The position numbers and the translations under genes were made by a program. Source: Azolla caroliniana (lineage: Eukaryota; Plantae; Polypodiophyta). Taken from it: DNA of 64,000 nt. Within the stretch, counting starts at the first letter, position 1; each line of letters opens with the position of its first letter. The DNA lies in NCBI GenBank assembly GCA_043228905.1, contig JBHGNT010000001.1, positions 31,992,001-32,056,000 on the forward strand, in the 5' to 3' direction. The notes beneath the pieces were generated by a model. That model was not told the DNA's origin, searched no databases, and worked only from the letters and a program-made list of their open reading frames with translations. Positions 26,631-39,413 of this stretch are shown here, in pieces.

Positions 26631-27867
26631 AGTACAACAGATGGAGAACAGGTTGGAGTGATTGATATGGTATCCATGTACCATCAATAACAATATGAAT
26701 TCAATCTCCTTACAATAATGATTCCATGAGAGGACATATTAACAAATCTGTACATATTAATTATTCAAATAAACTTTATTGTATATATTTTATCATAATC
26801 AAAACATCACAAATCAATGTGTACTTATTAATTATGGTTGGACTATATCTTCAACAAATACTATATCACGGCGTTCCTAGAAGAGTTCGAGGCGACATTT
26901 GGGGATACGGATCGGCGTCGAACAAGCCTTACCAAACTCTATTCATTAATATTAAGGTAAATGTCCAATGTCCGTTTATGCATATAAATTTAGACAAGAG
27001 AACAAGAAAGAGAGAGAGAGAGAGAGAGAGAAAATAGACAAGAGAATAAGAACTGAATTATGCTTCCGTCACTGTGTTGTTCACCTTCCGTCACTGCTAA
27101 GTTTTACCCCTGTATTTATACATGTTCAAGCTTCCGGAGCTCTTTAGAAGCTTCTAAAATCTCTTACATGTAGAATAAATGATCTAGAATAATATAATTA
27201 AGGTAACATGACCATGTATTGGATGTGTAATCTACAATAAACCCTAACTGGGTCGTCTTGGCTAGAGCCATTGTAATGTTGTTAGCCTAATCAGGTCGTC
27301 ATGTATGCATAATTTTACTAACAAAGCATATTTTGTTTGGAAAAAAAAAGAAAAAAGAAAAACGAAATTCATTTAAATAATCAAAGACACAATTACCTTC
27401 TCTATATCTCTATACATTAAATGCATTGCTCTTTTAAGAAAAAACAATTTATTATTACTTGTCTTAGATGCATATAAAGTTTCTGAGTTTGTTCCCTAAA
27501 GCTCTGGCATTAGTTTCATCCACAAGAGTGTTTAAAATAGTATCTCCTATCCCTTGTTGGTTCGCATTTGCCAGCATAAGAAAGTGCTAAGACCTGGCAT
27601 TAATACCAGTTGATTGAATACCGGAGAGCACTTTACATTTATATAAGACAAAGGTTATCTTGTGAAACTTATTCAAGGAAGAAAGCAAAATATGCAAGAA
27701 AAATTTATGTACTATATACATGACAAAATTTTAATGTCTGAAACCCTCCAGGAGCTAAAATTAACACGACCTAGTCCATAAAGAATTCACTTTCAAATTA
27801 TAAAATTTGTACCCCAAAGTTCTACTCTAAATATGTTTGCTTTGTTTTGAGATGCTATCTATACTAC

Positions 27868-28365
27868 AACCAAATGTACATGTTCATGGTTCTTTAGGTC
27901 TACATAGTAGACCACTACAAAATAGAATTGCACATTACCACATTGAATTCAATTAGTAGTTCAGAAATGTCTCTTGCTAATTCAATAAGATCAGCTCTTA
28001 CCAAATAAACATTGTATCCAAGTGTCCCAATTTGGTTGACCAATGCCTTTGAGGATTACCGATATCAAGATCCACATCATGAGAAGATTTGTCCATATGT
28101 GCCCTTTTGTTACGTGAGGAGGAACCACCGGCCTAACCTTCATTTTGGTCTCCAAAGCTGTTTCATTTTAATCATGAGATTGTTCAAAGAAAATGAAATG
28201 TTTATGATTAGAAATTACGAGAATCAATTGTGTACCGAGCATTTTGTTGTCCTTTTCTACATCAAATTATAATGAGATTTTGAGTATGTTTTCATGTCCG
28301 TGGGACAATGCATTTAGAAGTCTTTGTGTTTCAATTGTTGTACAATAGTCTCTGGTATTTTGCGG
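27868..28365 (+). pseudogene. Chimeric relic: GBPL 3' flank + GBPL last-exon piece fused to PRS intron 2
   Basis: 27868-28030 matches ~60246-60445; 28034-28173 matches 61205-61353; 28171-28365 matches 2101-2304. All are in the same orientation. Confidence 0.85.
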
Positions 28366-30140
28366 GTTTGGAACTCGTGCCTTGTACTCTTGGTTTCTTT
28401 GATGACTTCCATGATTATGTAGCCTAGTTAACTTTGATATGGTCCCATGATTATGAGTAAGAAGAAGAAGAAGAAGAGGTCATCGATTCTTATTCCCTCC
28501 CACCACGATTTCTCAAATTTGGAATATCTTTATTGTTCATGTACCCAAAAGTCAAATAAAGTTTATTGTATATATTTTACCATAATCAATCCATCACAAA
28601 TCTATATGTACTTATTAATCATACTGAATGAAATGTACATCCATTGTACAGGTCTCACATAACAGTAGGTCAAAAACTTGCAAAAAGCCTCTCATAAGTA
28701 TTTTCTTAACGTTATGAGCAATAGGGCAATGAATAAACCTCATGCCAATTTCCAATGCTCTCCTACTTTAGGCTGAACCAATTGTTTGTCCGTCCCCCAA
28801 TCACCAATCTACAAATAAATAACTTTGCACAACCATGTTTCCATCTCCAATCACGGTTATAATGAAACCATGTTTCCATCTTCAACAAGCTCGGAAAGAA
28901 TAATTATTACGATTACTCAAAAATCACGGTAAAAAAAAGCATTGTTTTCTCCTATGTGTGCCGACTATATATACTACATCTATAAAGCTTGTGTCTTAGA
29001 GGATTCCATGACTAGCATTGAAGTATGAAGCAATGGATATTGTGATTTCACTATGTTGCATACATATATACCCTATCTCAATTTTGAGAAAACAAATGCA
29101 TGTATATATTGTGAAACTATGATTTAGTTGGAATGGTACTCAACTGCAATGGGTATTATCTCCTCACATATGTGAGTTTATTGGGATGCAATTGCTTAAC
29201 AACATTGTCAATTATGTAAATGATTGATTCTGATAGTCTTGTACTTATGATGTTTACTTTGTACATGTAGATTATACTACCACAATTTTACAATGAAGGG
29301 ATGTGTGTGATCTGTATAATATTGTATTTAAAGCTATATATCTTGGAGTTAATACTAATGTCTTTCTTAAGGTTTTGCCTTCCAAAGGTGACAACTAGCA
29401 AGATAGTATTACATGGTGGTTTTTAAGAGATTTTAATCATTCCATTGATATTTTTTGACAAGATAAGTTTTTTAGAGGTATCATGAAGTCATGGTGGGAC
29501 TTGAAACATAACATGGTCCAATGTCTACGATCATGTATTGAGGAATGCCAACCCCTCATAATAAACCCATTATTTCTATGAGAAGAGGGGATAATGTTAG
29601 GGAAAAGAAATAGGTTGAAAGGTATGAGAAAGCTACAAGAGAACGGCATGACATAGAATACAATAGAGAAACATGGATATATGAGATAACAATGGTAAAA
29701 GACATACAAAATCGAGATTTTGAGAGAAGATGCTTTTTTTATGCGTTCGAAGTGAGCAATATATAATGGGGGCCGCATTTCAAGTATTCAAATATATGCC
29801 TTTGTCACTTGTTATTGAACCTACTCAACTTGTGGTCGTTCCTAGAACAATTCTATTATATGAAAAGGGAAAAAAGAAGAAGCAGCTTCATGTTTCGGTT
29901 TTGAAACCATGACCACCAACAATGAAAAGAGAACCATACGATCTTAGTTAGAAAGCAAATAAGAGAAGTGAGAGATAGACAGACACAGATAGATTGTGGG
30001 GTTATAAAAGGGATGAGTAACTCTCTATATCTACACGGTTGGCTGAAGGAGGATTTAGCTTGTAGTTGTGGAGCTGAGAAAACCCTATGCCATCATCAAG
30101 TTTCAGAAGGATCAAATCAAACACATGGCCTTTGTCACAC

Positions 30141-30937
30141 CTTTCCTACATCGTTGCGGCCCAAGTCCACGAGCATAACATGTTATGCACACTCCTTCTC
30201 GTCCTGCAAGAGCTCTTCTTCCAACCTTTTGTCTTCCTCTTGCGTTTGTCCCCGCTTCCTAGTTCCAGCAAGGGGTTTATTTACTATTTTCCCCTATACA
30301 TCATAAACAGATGCCTCTCACAAGACTGTTCAGACATACTATCGGTCTGATGAAGAACATAATAGTCTGTTGAACTCATCCTACAATCCAATAACTTAAA
30401 CACACACTATTAAATGTCCAAAGAAAAATGATAATAGAATTCAATGCTTCAATTTAAGCAATTCAAACATCTATTTCGTTTCTTAGTACCTATACAGTGG
30501 GTCCTAACTTCTGACCACAAATAATAAACCAGACATCCCAAACCTTATTTATCCGAGTGAGAATCTCTGGACTGGATGCAACCATAATGCATCCGCGAGC
30601 CTGAAATGACAGAAATGCCCAACAAGATTAGTCTGGAATGTCAAAAACGAAACACAAAAACATTAAGAATAAAACACACACCTGCAAATATATCATGTGG
30701 GGACTTGGATTGACAATACGTAAAGCTCTATAGACTTCAAACGGATCAGCATACGTTCGACGCTCAAATCTTTGACTAAGAACAATCTGAAATATATCGC
30801 CAGCAAGAATATGTTCTTTGGCTTTTTGAATGGCTTTCACATACTCATCCTTGGACATATTTGACTCTTTCTTGGATGAACCATATTTCTCAATCGATAG
30901 ATCAACTGAGCCAGGTGATAATTTAGGCCTACTTATC
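30141..30937 (-). pseudogene. ASA: Anthranilate synthase alpha-subunit internal fragment (3 exons with introns, premature stop)
   Basis: AKEHILAGDIFQIVLSQRFERRTYADPFEVYRALRIVNPSP (~30937-30682); ARGCIMVASSPEILTR (30600-30544); KPLAGTRKRG...EKECA*HVMLVDLGRNDVGK (30293-30141, TAA at 30185-30183). No 5' or 3' exons are present. Confidence 0.88.
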
Positions 30938-31064
30938 ATAGCTCAAACTCAGAAGTTGAAGACAACAAGAAAACGTCAACTGGAAATCTCACAAAGTCAA
31001 AAATTCGCAACTCAAAAAAAGAAATATACGGTGTATCCTGGATCTGTAAGTTGTTATTTTTGTA

Positions 31065-31410
31065 AGTTTTCTGGTCAATCGTTTGAAATGCGGCTGTTTT
31101 GGAATCCAAACTTTCCTCGGATATATATTCAAAACAAATGTTGGTTTTGCTCATAAACAGTCCACTGGACATTGAACGATTGTGATGTGAATATCTCTTC
31201 CAAGAAGTAACCAGCTAATTCTGTGCCTGTGAAAGAACAGAATTACTTCCCGCAGTTGGCAGCCCTGTTGAGAGACAATTTGGCGTTTTTACGATGATAG
31301 ATGTGTGAGTAGCTTTGCATTCGATAACTAAAACCAATACTTATTGTTTGGCTGTTTCGGAGGGCACAGATGATATTTATCGTTGTTTGTTGGAAATGCA
31401 GGCTGTTTCA
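31065..31410 (+). pseudogene. PRS 3' fragment 3 (intron 7 to start of last exon); the copied flank continues to ~32011
   Basis: Near-identical to 13082-13427 (gaaagaacagaattacttcccgcagttggcagccctg). Confidence 0.85.
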
Positions 31411-32012
31411 AGCTTTTCCTCTTGTCTTTTAATATAAAAGCAAAAGCTCATATGATATTCTCTTTTAAAATTCTTCAATTTCATATGCTTCATTTACAAA
31501 TTCTTCAATTCGATATGCCACAAATAAATGCGGCCATGCAATGAACAATCGAAGGACATGAAGTAAAAGTTGGCCAACTTATTCCACTTTGAAATAGTAA
31601 ACATGTCAAGAAATGATGGGATACAACACCCCACTTTTGGTAGGGTCATATCCACTTTGAAATTGTTTGATCCGCTGACAAGTGAATGAATATTAGACAT
31701 CCTCTAAACACAAATAAACAAGCAAAAGCAACAAAAGTAAGGCGAAGAGTAGAATGTGTGAAACTTCTTCTTTGAATCTGTTCTTCCCATGTTCATGGTT
31801 GTTTTGGCAAATTTCATTCCATTTAATATTTGCAATATTCGTGTTGTACTTCCCCATAATATTTAATGATGGGATCAGATATTGATTCCAACTGCTATTA
31901 TATGTTAACCTTGATGGACATGTAAGTTCCTTCAGACCCTGGACTTGGAAGAGCGGACATTAAGAAATGAGATAATTGTACGTGCTCCTATATTACCATC
32001 TTGATCATGTTA

Positions 32013-32105
32013 CCTCCACAGATGCTTTGACCAAATTACCTCACATGAACAGCAAATAAATTTGGTCAAAATTCGAGGCTCTTGATGAAGATGGAGATTG
32101 AAGAC
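32013..32105 (+). pseudogene. Decayed 5' remnant of an EF-hand family gene (third duplicate)
   Basis: attcgaggctcttgatgaagatggagattgaaga, in the same context as 14423 and 23957. Confidence 0.6.
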
Positions 32106-32550
32106 TTTAGAGGCCAAGAGCTCCATCATTAATAGCATAAGAATTGGAAGATGATGTGCATCCCCATCATTTGGACTATTCTCAATGAATAAATACCCAT
32201 TGTGAAGGTCTTTAATACCAATGCGTCAAAACGAAATGGTTTTAATGAAACGATGTATCCATCTCTAATCAAGCATCCCAACAGGTTTGGAAAGAATAAA
32301 TGTTAACTAATACTTATGAATCAAGGTAAAAATGCTTTGTTTTCTCCTATGTGTGTGATTATATATGTACTACATCTATAGAGCTAGTGTCTTAGAGGAG
32401 TCCATAAGTGGTTGCATTTGAGTATGAAGCAGCGGATGTTTTGATTTCGCTATGTTTGCACACATATATACCCTATGCCAAATACCATTTTCTACTTCCT
32501 TAGTTTACTTTCTACATATAGATTACACTAACTCAATTATTTTACAATCA

Positions 32551-33328
32551 AGGGAATTTGACGGGTGTCATGCCTGTCAAAGGCCATTTTGACCTTAAAA
32601 AACATACACATAATAAAAATGCCCGTCAAGTGACATATAAAGTTTAAATATCCATTTTTCATGCGAAAGGTCCCTACAAATTATGCATGTGAAATGACGT
32701 GAAAATTCTATTTTCCATGTCATATATATTATAAATCTATATACATATACATACATGTGTCACTTATTATATATATGAAGTGTGTATTATAATAAATTAA
32801 TACTATATAAAAAAATTCCAAAGTATTATATGTTTTTTATAACACGCGTAAACTAATATCATTATCATGTAATAATGGTATATATTCTCAAATATTTATT
32901 CTTAATTTCTTTACTAATAATATTAGTTGAAATTTGATTGAAATTTTAAACAATAACCTTTATTAAATACATACTTTAAGAGTGTATAACTCTAGGTTTG
33001 ATTTTAATGTTTTAAGTTTTAAGTTAAAACTAAATGTTTTTACTTAATTTTAAGTTAAAACTAATTTTATGCATTTCATTATCTTTGTTAGGTAGTTATG
33101 TTTATTTGTGCATCTTTATGTAATTTCTATAGTAATGAAATGTACAATATGAAGCATCATATAGAACTTTCATTATTAAAATTGGTAAAGCATCATGTAG
33201 AACTTTCATTATTAAAATTTGTATGTCAAATGACATGTTAGTTTTTGCAGTCTTGTGTCATATGACATACATCTTTAAAAAATGCCCGTCAAAAAACTTT
33301 TATACTAACCCGTCAAATTCAGGCCCTG
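32551..33328. mobile_element. Non-autonomous DNA transposon (MITE/hAT-like) insertion
   Basis: Inverted ends gaatttgacggg (32554) and cccgtcaaattcaggccctg (33309-33328) around an AT-rich interior. Absent from the paralogous sites aagggacatgcccgatt at ~15105 and ~24622. Confidence 0.75.
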
Positions 33329-34577
33329 ATGCCCGATTTATAGAATACTATATTTTTACCTTTATATGGAAGAGTTAATACAATGTCCTTCTATTATGTA
33401 TAGCCACTTTATTTGTACAAATTTTACATTTGTGTATTGTATAATTGCTATAATTCTTGTTAAATTCGTTTAGTACTTATAACTTCATTCCATATATTCA
33501 TATTTGATTTAGTATAACTAACGTCGTTGTACCATACAAATTTAGAATAACTGTATAATTAGTACTTTTAATATTGAGGTCATCCCACACTGTCATCTAT
33601 AGATGGTTTTTTACTTATCTTTTCACATGTCCAATGATTATGATGGACTTGGAAGAAAATTTAGATTTGATCTTACGTTTCAACTCGAATTTTTACTCCC
33701 ACCCAGTTCGTTTTAATTCTTTGGTGAGTTCCATGATTATCTAGGCTCATTATCTTCAATACGGTTTGCCTTCCTTCTCTCGAGGACCTTCGAATCGATG
33801 TCTTGTTTCATGCTCTATGACTTGCATGTGAGATACGATCGGTTTCGAGCCGAAATCGGAATTATGATCCACCTGCCATAGAAGCTGAAGTGTAATCTTC
33901 CTCATGAGTCATAACACCTAGGTTAGCTTTGCATTTCCAGTAAAAAAGATGGTGTCCGGACTTTTGCTTCCACTACTCTTTATGTTAGTGAGAGTTAGTT
34001 AAAGAAGGCTGCCCACACAAATACATAAGTCTATGTGTGCCTTGTGTGCATGAATGTGTATATATGTATGTATGTGATTTATGTCGGTTCCACCATATAC
34101 CTACATATATATAAATATACATATATGCTTTCTGCTCAAATGCGAGATGTCTCCCCTGCATATTTAATTCTGTTCCCTCATATGTGGAAGAAGAGGTCAT
34201 CGATTCTGTTCCCTCAATAACTTTCTTCTTTACATCCTCAGAGTTTACCGCATTTCTCCATAGATACGCTCTTCCTCTCTCTGATCCATACCTCTGCGCC
34301 TGATGGATCGAATGAATGGGCTGATGGATCCATAAGGCTTGCAACTCACCTTGCATCTGGTGGATTCAGACATATTTTACTTGTCCGTCCATTGATCTTG
34401 AAACATTATTGACGATACGCCATTGCACGCGAGAATATGGATGCAGATGATCTGTGAATAAATTCCCCACCACCTAAACTTTTGGTACCAATCAATCAGA
34501 GGGAGTGCCTCCAAGCCACCTCTTCTGATCGTTTCTTCCCTCTAAAAACACCGGCCCCATTTCGCAGTGGATCAGAC

Positions 34578-34820
34578 ATGCCGACCTTCAGCCAAGAAAT
34601 ACATGAGGCTGGGCAAAGATTCTTCGAGGGATTGATGCCACACGAACAGCAACAGCTTTGGTACAGATTCATGGAACTGGATGAAAATAGAGACGGGAGA
34701 ATCACGGTCCAGGAGCTTCTAAACAGGCATAGGATCCTCAACGGAGGAGCTGTACATGATAGGGTTTGGATGCTGTTGCCCTTGGTGGACGAAGACCAAA
34801 ACGGCGTCCTTGACTATGAT
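34578..34820 (+). pseudogene. Truncated family copy (stops within the second EF loop)
   Basis: MPTFSQEIHEAGQRFF...DEDQNGVLDYD switches at 'gat' into family upstream sequence (gatacggtt...tcgaaaaccttgaaatc). No ZZ or CaaX exon follows. Confidence 0.85.
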
Positions 34821-35610
34821 ACGGTTACTTTCGAAAACCTTGAAATCTATGTCTTGTTGCATGCTCCATGTGTTTAGGTGTCCGGACTTCTGTTGGCCAC
34901 AGAAATACACAATTCTCTATGTATGCTATGTGTGTGTATATGTGTGCAGCATGCATGTATATGTATCATAATTTGTATATGTATGTAGGTATGATTTGGT
35001 GTATGTGATTTATGTAGGTTCCACCATAACTATGCTTTCTTCTTACCTCAAATGCGTGTTTGTCTCCCCTGCTTTTCTATATCTCCTCACCGAGTAAGAA
35101 GAAGAAGAAGAAGAGGTCATCGATTCTTATTCCCTCCCACCACAATTCCTCAAAGTTGGAATATCTTTATTGCCCATGTACCCAAAAGTCAACCCCCGCC
35201 CCCCCCCCATTTTATCCATGGCTACGCGCAATCCCTCTCTCTCATCCATACCTCTGCGCATCAGCTCGATCAAATGAATGGCTTGATGCATCATCCATCA
35301 GGCTTGCTGCTCACCTTTTGCATCTCGTGGATTCAACGCATGTTTTACTTGTCAGTCATTGATGTTCAGACATTAATTATTCACGATCCAGCCTGCCATT
35401 GCGCGACACTCTTTGGATGGGGATGAATTAGCTTCTGTGAATAAATTCCCCCCCCCAGTTCCGCCCTAGTAACTTCTTCAAGTTTTGAGTGATTAATATG
35501 GTATTCGTATACCATCAATAACAATATGAAGTCAAGATCCTTACAATAAGCATTGATTCTATGAGGACATATTAACAAATCTGTACTTCTTATTTATTCA
35601 AATAAAGTTT
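34821..35610 (+). pseudogene. Second 'empty' family cassette (upstream region fused to 3' UTR)
   Basis: Same junction as 19395-19420 (aattccccc..cagttccgccctagtaacttcttcaagttttgagtgatt) at ~35445-35495. Confidence 0.8.
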
Positions 35611-37000
35611 ATTGTATATATTTTACCATATTCAATCCGTCACAAATCTATCTGTACTTATTAACATGACAATGGGAATCTGATCTTCATCTCATCATTT
35701 CAATCATACTGAATGAAATGAACATCCATTGTACAGGTCTCACATAACAGTAGGTCAAAAATTTGCAAAAAGCCTCTCATAAGTATTTTCTTAACGTTAT
35801 GAGCAATACGGCAATGAATAAACCTCATGCCAATTTCCAATGCTCTCCTACTTTAGGCTGAACCAATTCGTTGTTCGTCCCCCAATGACCAATTTACATA
35901 TAAATAACTTTGCACATCCTTAGTCACACAACCTTGCCTCTTTGGTAAAATATTGATATCTCAAAGGAAACGGTTTTAATGAAACCATGTTTCCATCTCC
36001 AATCGAGCATTCAAAAAGCTCGGAAAGAATAATTATTACGATTACTTAAAAATCACGGTAAAAAAAAGCATTGTTTTCTCCTATGTGTGCCGACTATATA
36101 TACTACATCTATAAAGCTTGTGTCTTATAGGATTCCATGACTAGCATTGAAGTATGAAGCAATGGATATTGTGATTTCACTATGTTGCATACATATATAC
36201 CCTATCTCAAGTACGATTTTGAGAAAACAAATGCATTTATATATTGTGAAACTATGATTTAGTTGGAATGGTACTCAACTGCAATGGGTACTATCTCCTC
36301 ACATACGTGAGTTTATTGGGATGCAATTGCTTAACAACATTGTCAATTATGTAAATTATTGGTTCTCATAGGCTTGTACTTACGAAGTTTACTTTGTACA
36401 TGTATTTTAAGTTGTATATCTTGGAGTTAATACTAATGTCTTTCTTAAGGTTTTGCCTTCCACAGGTGACAACTAGCAAGATAGTATTAGATGGTGGTTT
36501 TCAAGAGATTTTAATCATTCCATAGATATTTTTCTACAAGATAAGTTTTTTAGAGGTATCATGAAGGCATGGTGGGACTTGAAACATAACTTGGTCCAAT
36601 GTTTACCATCATGTATGGAGGAATGGTTCCGCCAACCCCTGATAATAAACCTATTTTTTCTGTGAGAAGAGGGGATAATGTTAGGGAAAAGAACTAGGTT
36701 GAAGTGGGGCTAATTTTGATAGAGGAGAAGTTAGATTAGTAAGGATTTGGCTGAATTTTTCTTCTTCAACAATGGAAAAAAAAATCAAGCTTGTTGTACA
36801 ATTTGGGGTGGGAACGTTATGTATGTAGAAATCAATAGAGTGTTTACGATGTCTTCCTTTCAGCATGGTTACTGTTTTATTTCGATGTTTTGCATTTTAA
36901 ACCATATGGAAGATGACTTTGTCACTCAAGGAAATATGTTGTCGACTCTCTCACTGCTTCTCTCTCTTTCTCTGTTTTTTATTTTTATTTTTATTCTAAT

Positions 37001-37428
37001 TAGCTTACCTTAGTGGTAAGTCGATAACAGTACAAGCACTGTGTCTTGGGTTCGAAACCCAATTTCTTCATCTCTCTATTATATACTTCATATATATCTC
37101 TATTTCACTAGATGCCACTGTGGAATGTAGGGGTTGAACCCATGACCACCTGGTCTCCATTGGGCAACCTTACCAACTGAGCTACATCCAATTGCTTTTC
37201 TTACTCTCTCTCTCTCTCCCGGTTTTTTTTATTTTTTATCGTAGTTACCTTACCCTAGTGGTAAGCTATTAGCACTGCGTTGTGGGTTTGAAACCCAACT
37301 TCCTCACCTCTCTATTATATACTTCTTACATATCTCTTAATTCACTAGATGCCACTGTGGAATGTAGGGGTTGAACCCATGACCACTTGGTCTCCATTTG
37401 GGCAACCTTACCAACTGAGCTACATCCA
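37001..37428. mobile_element. Two tandem copies of a ~190-bp tRNA-derived SINE-like repeat with Pol III boxes on both strands
   Basis: Copies at 37001-37190 and 37241-37428. Minus strand: TAGCTCAGTTGG...GGTTCAACCCC. Plus strand: TAGTGGTAAG...GGTTCGAAACCC. Confidence 0.6.
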
Positions 37429-37431
37429 TCT

Positions 37432-37476
<45 letters not shown>

Positions 37477-37481
37477 ATCGT

Positions 37482-39410
37482 TGTCGCGTTGTTTCGCGCG
37501 TGCGTGTAGAAGGGCGGGACCACGGGGGTCTCGGACTAGGGAAGAAGGGAAGCCGAGAAGACGATTCCGGGCGCGTTCCTGAAGTAACCGAACGGGAGAG
37601 AGGAAGAGAGAAAGAGCGCGCTTGACACCGACTGACACCCACACACGCACACACCACGTCGACCCAACTTACGCCCTTATGTACAGAAACGGAGGGAAGA
37701 GAACACCAAAAACAGCCGCACAAACACCAGACCCCAGCAGAGACATGAATATGCACAAACAGACACAAATGTATATATATGAATGTAAGAATACATTCCC
37801 AGCTTCGAGCCAGACCAAGGTAGGTTACAGCGGTCGTCTGCTGTCAAGCCGCCGTCGGGGAGTTCTTGGGCTCATCGTGCCGAGCGGGGTCTTGCACAGG
37901 AAGCCGAGCGGAAGCAAACCCTAAGTAAAACACGAAGGTGAAGAAGAAGAAGAAGAAGAAGAAGAGAGAAACGAAATACTAAACCTAACGGTATACCCTC
38001 CTAACTGAAAATGGGCAACCCCTTCACAAGAGGCGCTCCCTTCCTTTTATAGAACAAGGAGGGAGATGTGTTACATGGGATTCTCTTGGCTTACATGGGA
38101 TTCTCTGTCCCGACTTGACTCCTACTATTCACACGTTTATACAAGGGTGAGTGCACATGGTGCATCCTGTCGATGTAGCCAATATTCCCCGATTTCCGCC
38201 TTTGGCCGAAATTCTTCACGACATCCGCCCCCACCAAACCGCACGTCCACCGATACGTGCCAAATCCGGTGAAGGGTGAGAGTTTTCAGCTGGTGAGATA
38301 CCGGTCTTCCGTAATCTGCATCCCGGCTCACTGCCCGTCGGCTTCGGTTCTTCCTTCGCGCTTTCCTCCCCGTAGGCTCGTTCGACCCGTCGATGGGTCC
38401 TTGGCCGCGATCTCCGTAGTATGCGTACTTCCGCTAGCCCTTATTTGGCCGTATGCACGCCCGTTTTCCGTCGTATGACCGATGCCCTCCGCTTGCGGAA
38501 CGCCCATAGTGGCCCGCTTGGCTTCCGTCGACCATCCGTGTTGTCCTGATTGCCGTCCCATGCTGTTTCGCGTTGCCTTCGTCCTCTCGCCACCACCTTC
38601 CTTCTCCATGGTCTTACATCGCCACGTCAGCTCGAACCGCCATGGTCTCCGGAATGGTGTGGAGGATCCTTCTCTGGCCTTCTATGCGCTATCTCCGAAC
38701 CGCGCAACCCACCTTCGTGCTCACCTTCCCTCTCTAGCACCTCTGTGTCCCCATACCCTCGCCCGTTGTTTGGCATTGCCTGTGCTGCACTCCGTCCCGT
38801 AGTCACGCTTCGGTCCGGCCCGCGATGGCCACTTGCGAGACTCTTCTTTCGTCCCAGGTGTGCCTTTCCGGCCGGACACACCTCTCCGTGTTTGCCCCTA
38901 CCGGCTCCTTCCGAAACCGTAACCGGCCCGTAGGGTTTCGCACTTCGTCCGCCCCCGTCTTACCGACTCCCAATCCGCTATCTCGTATTGTCGGGTCCCG
39001 TTCCCTGCCGCCACCGCCCTTCTCCCTAGGTCTCACGTTGACACGTTGGCCGAACTGCCGGGGTCTCCGGATCGGTGTGAAGGTCCCTTAGAACCGGTCT
39101 TCGTTTCGTTGCTTGCTGAAATTCGGGTGTCTTTTTGTTTGAGTCCCTCCCGGACTCTCCTCGTGTCTTCCGTGTAGTCGGGTCCCGTTTCCCACCGCCA
39201 CCAGCCTTCTCCCTCGGTCTTACGTTGCCATGTTAGCCAAACAACCGGGGTCTCCGGTCTGGTGTGGAGATCCATAGGACCGGACTTCCTTTTGCCCGTG
39301 ACCTTGCCGGTAGGTCTTTCGGTTCGTAGTCGCTTCGTCGGCCTAATACCTTCCTTCTCTGCCTTCCATCGTCCGATCACGTTCACTAGGACTCACGCCG
39401 GCACTTGGGC
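37482..39410 (-). mobile_element. Truncated LTR retrotransposon: 3' LTR (37482-38223), PPT and GC-rich internal 3' region
   Basis: The LTR is bounded by TGTCG...CGACA. The adjacent tccgcccccacc is a minus-strand polypurine tract. A minus-strand TATA lies at cttttatag (~38044). Confidence 0.75.
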
Positions 39411-39413
39411 GAA

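Noticed and set aside
37120-37190. Possible tRNA gene on the minus strand
   Set aside because: A and B boxes are present, but I could not build a canonical cloverleaf or anticodon arm. It occurs in three diverged copies as part of a larger repeat.
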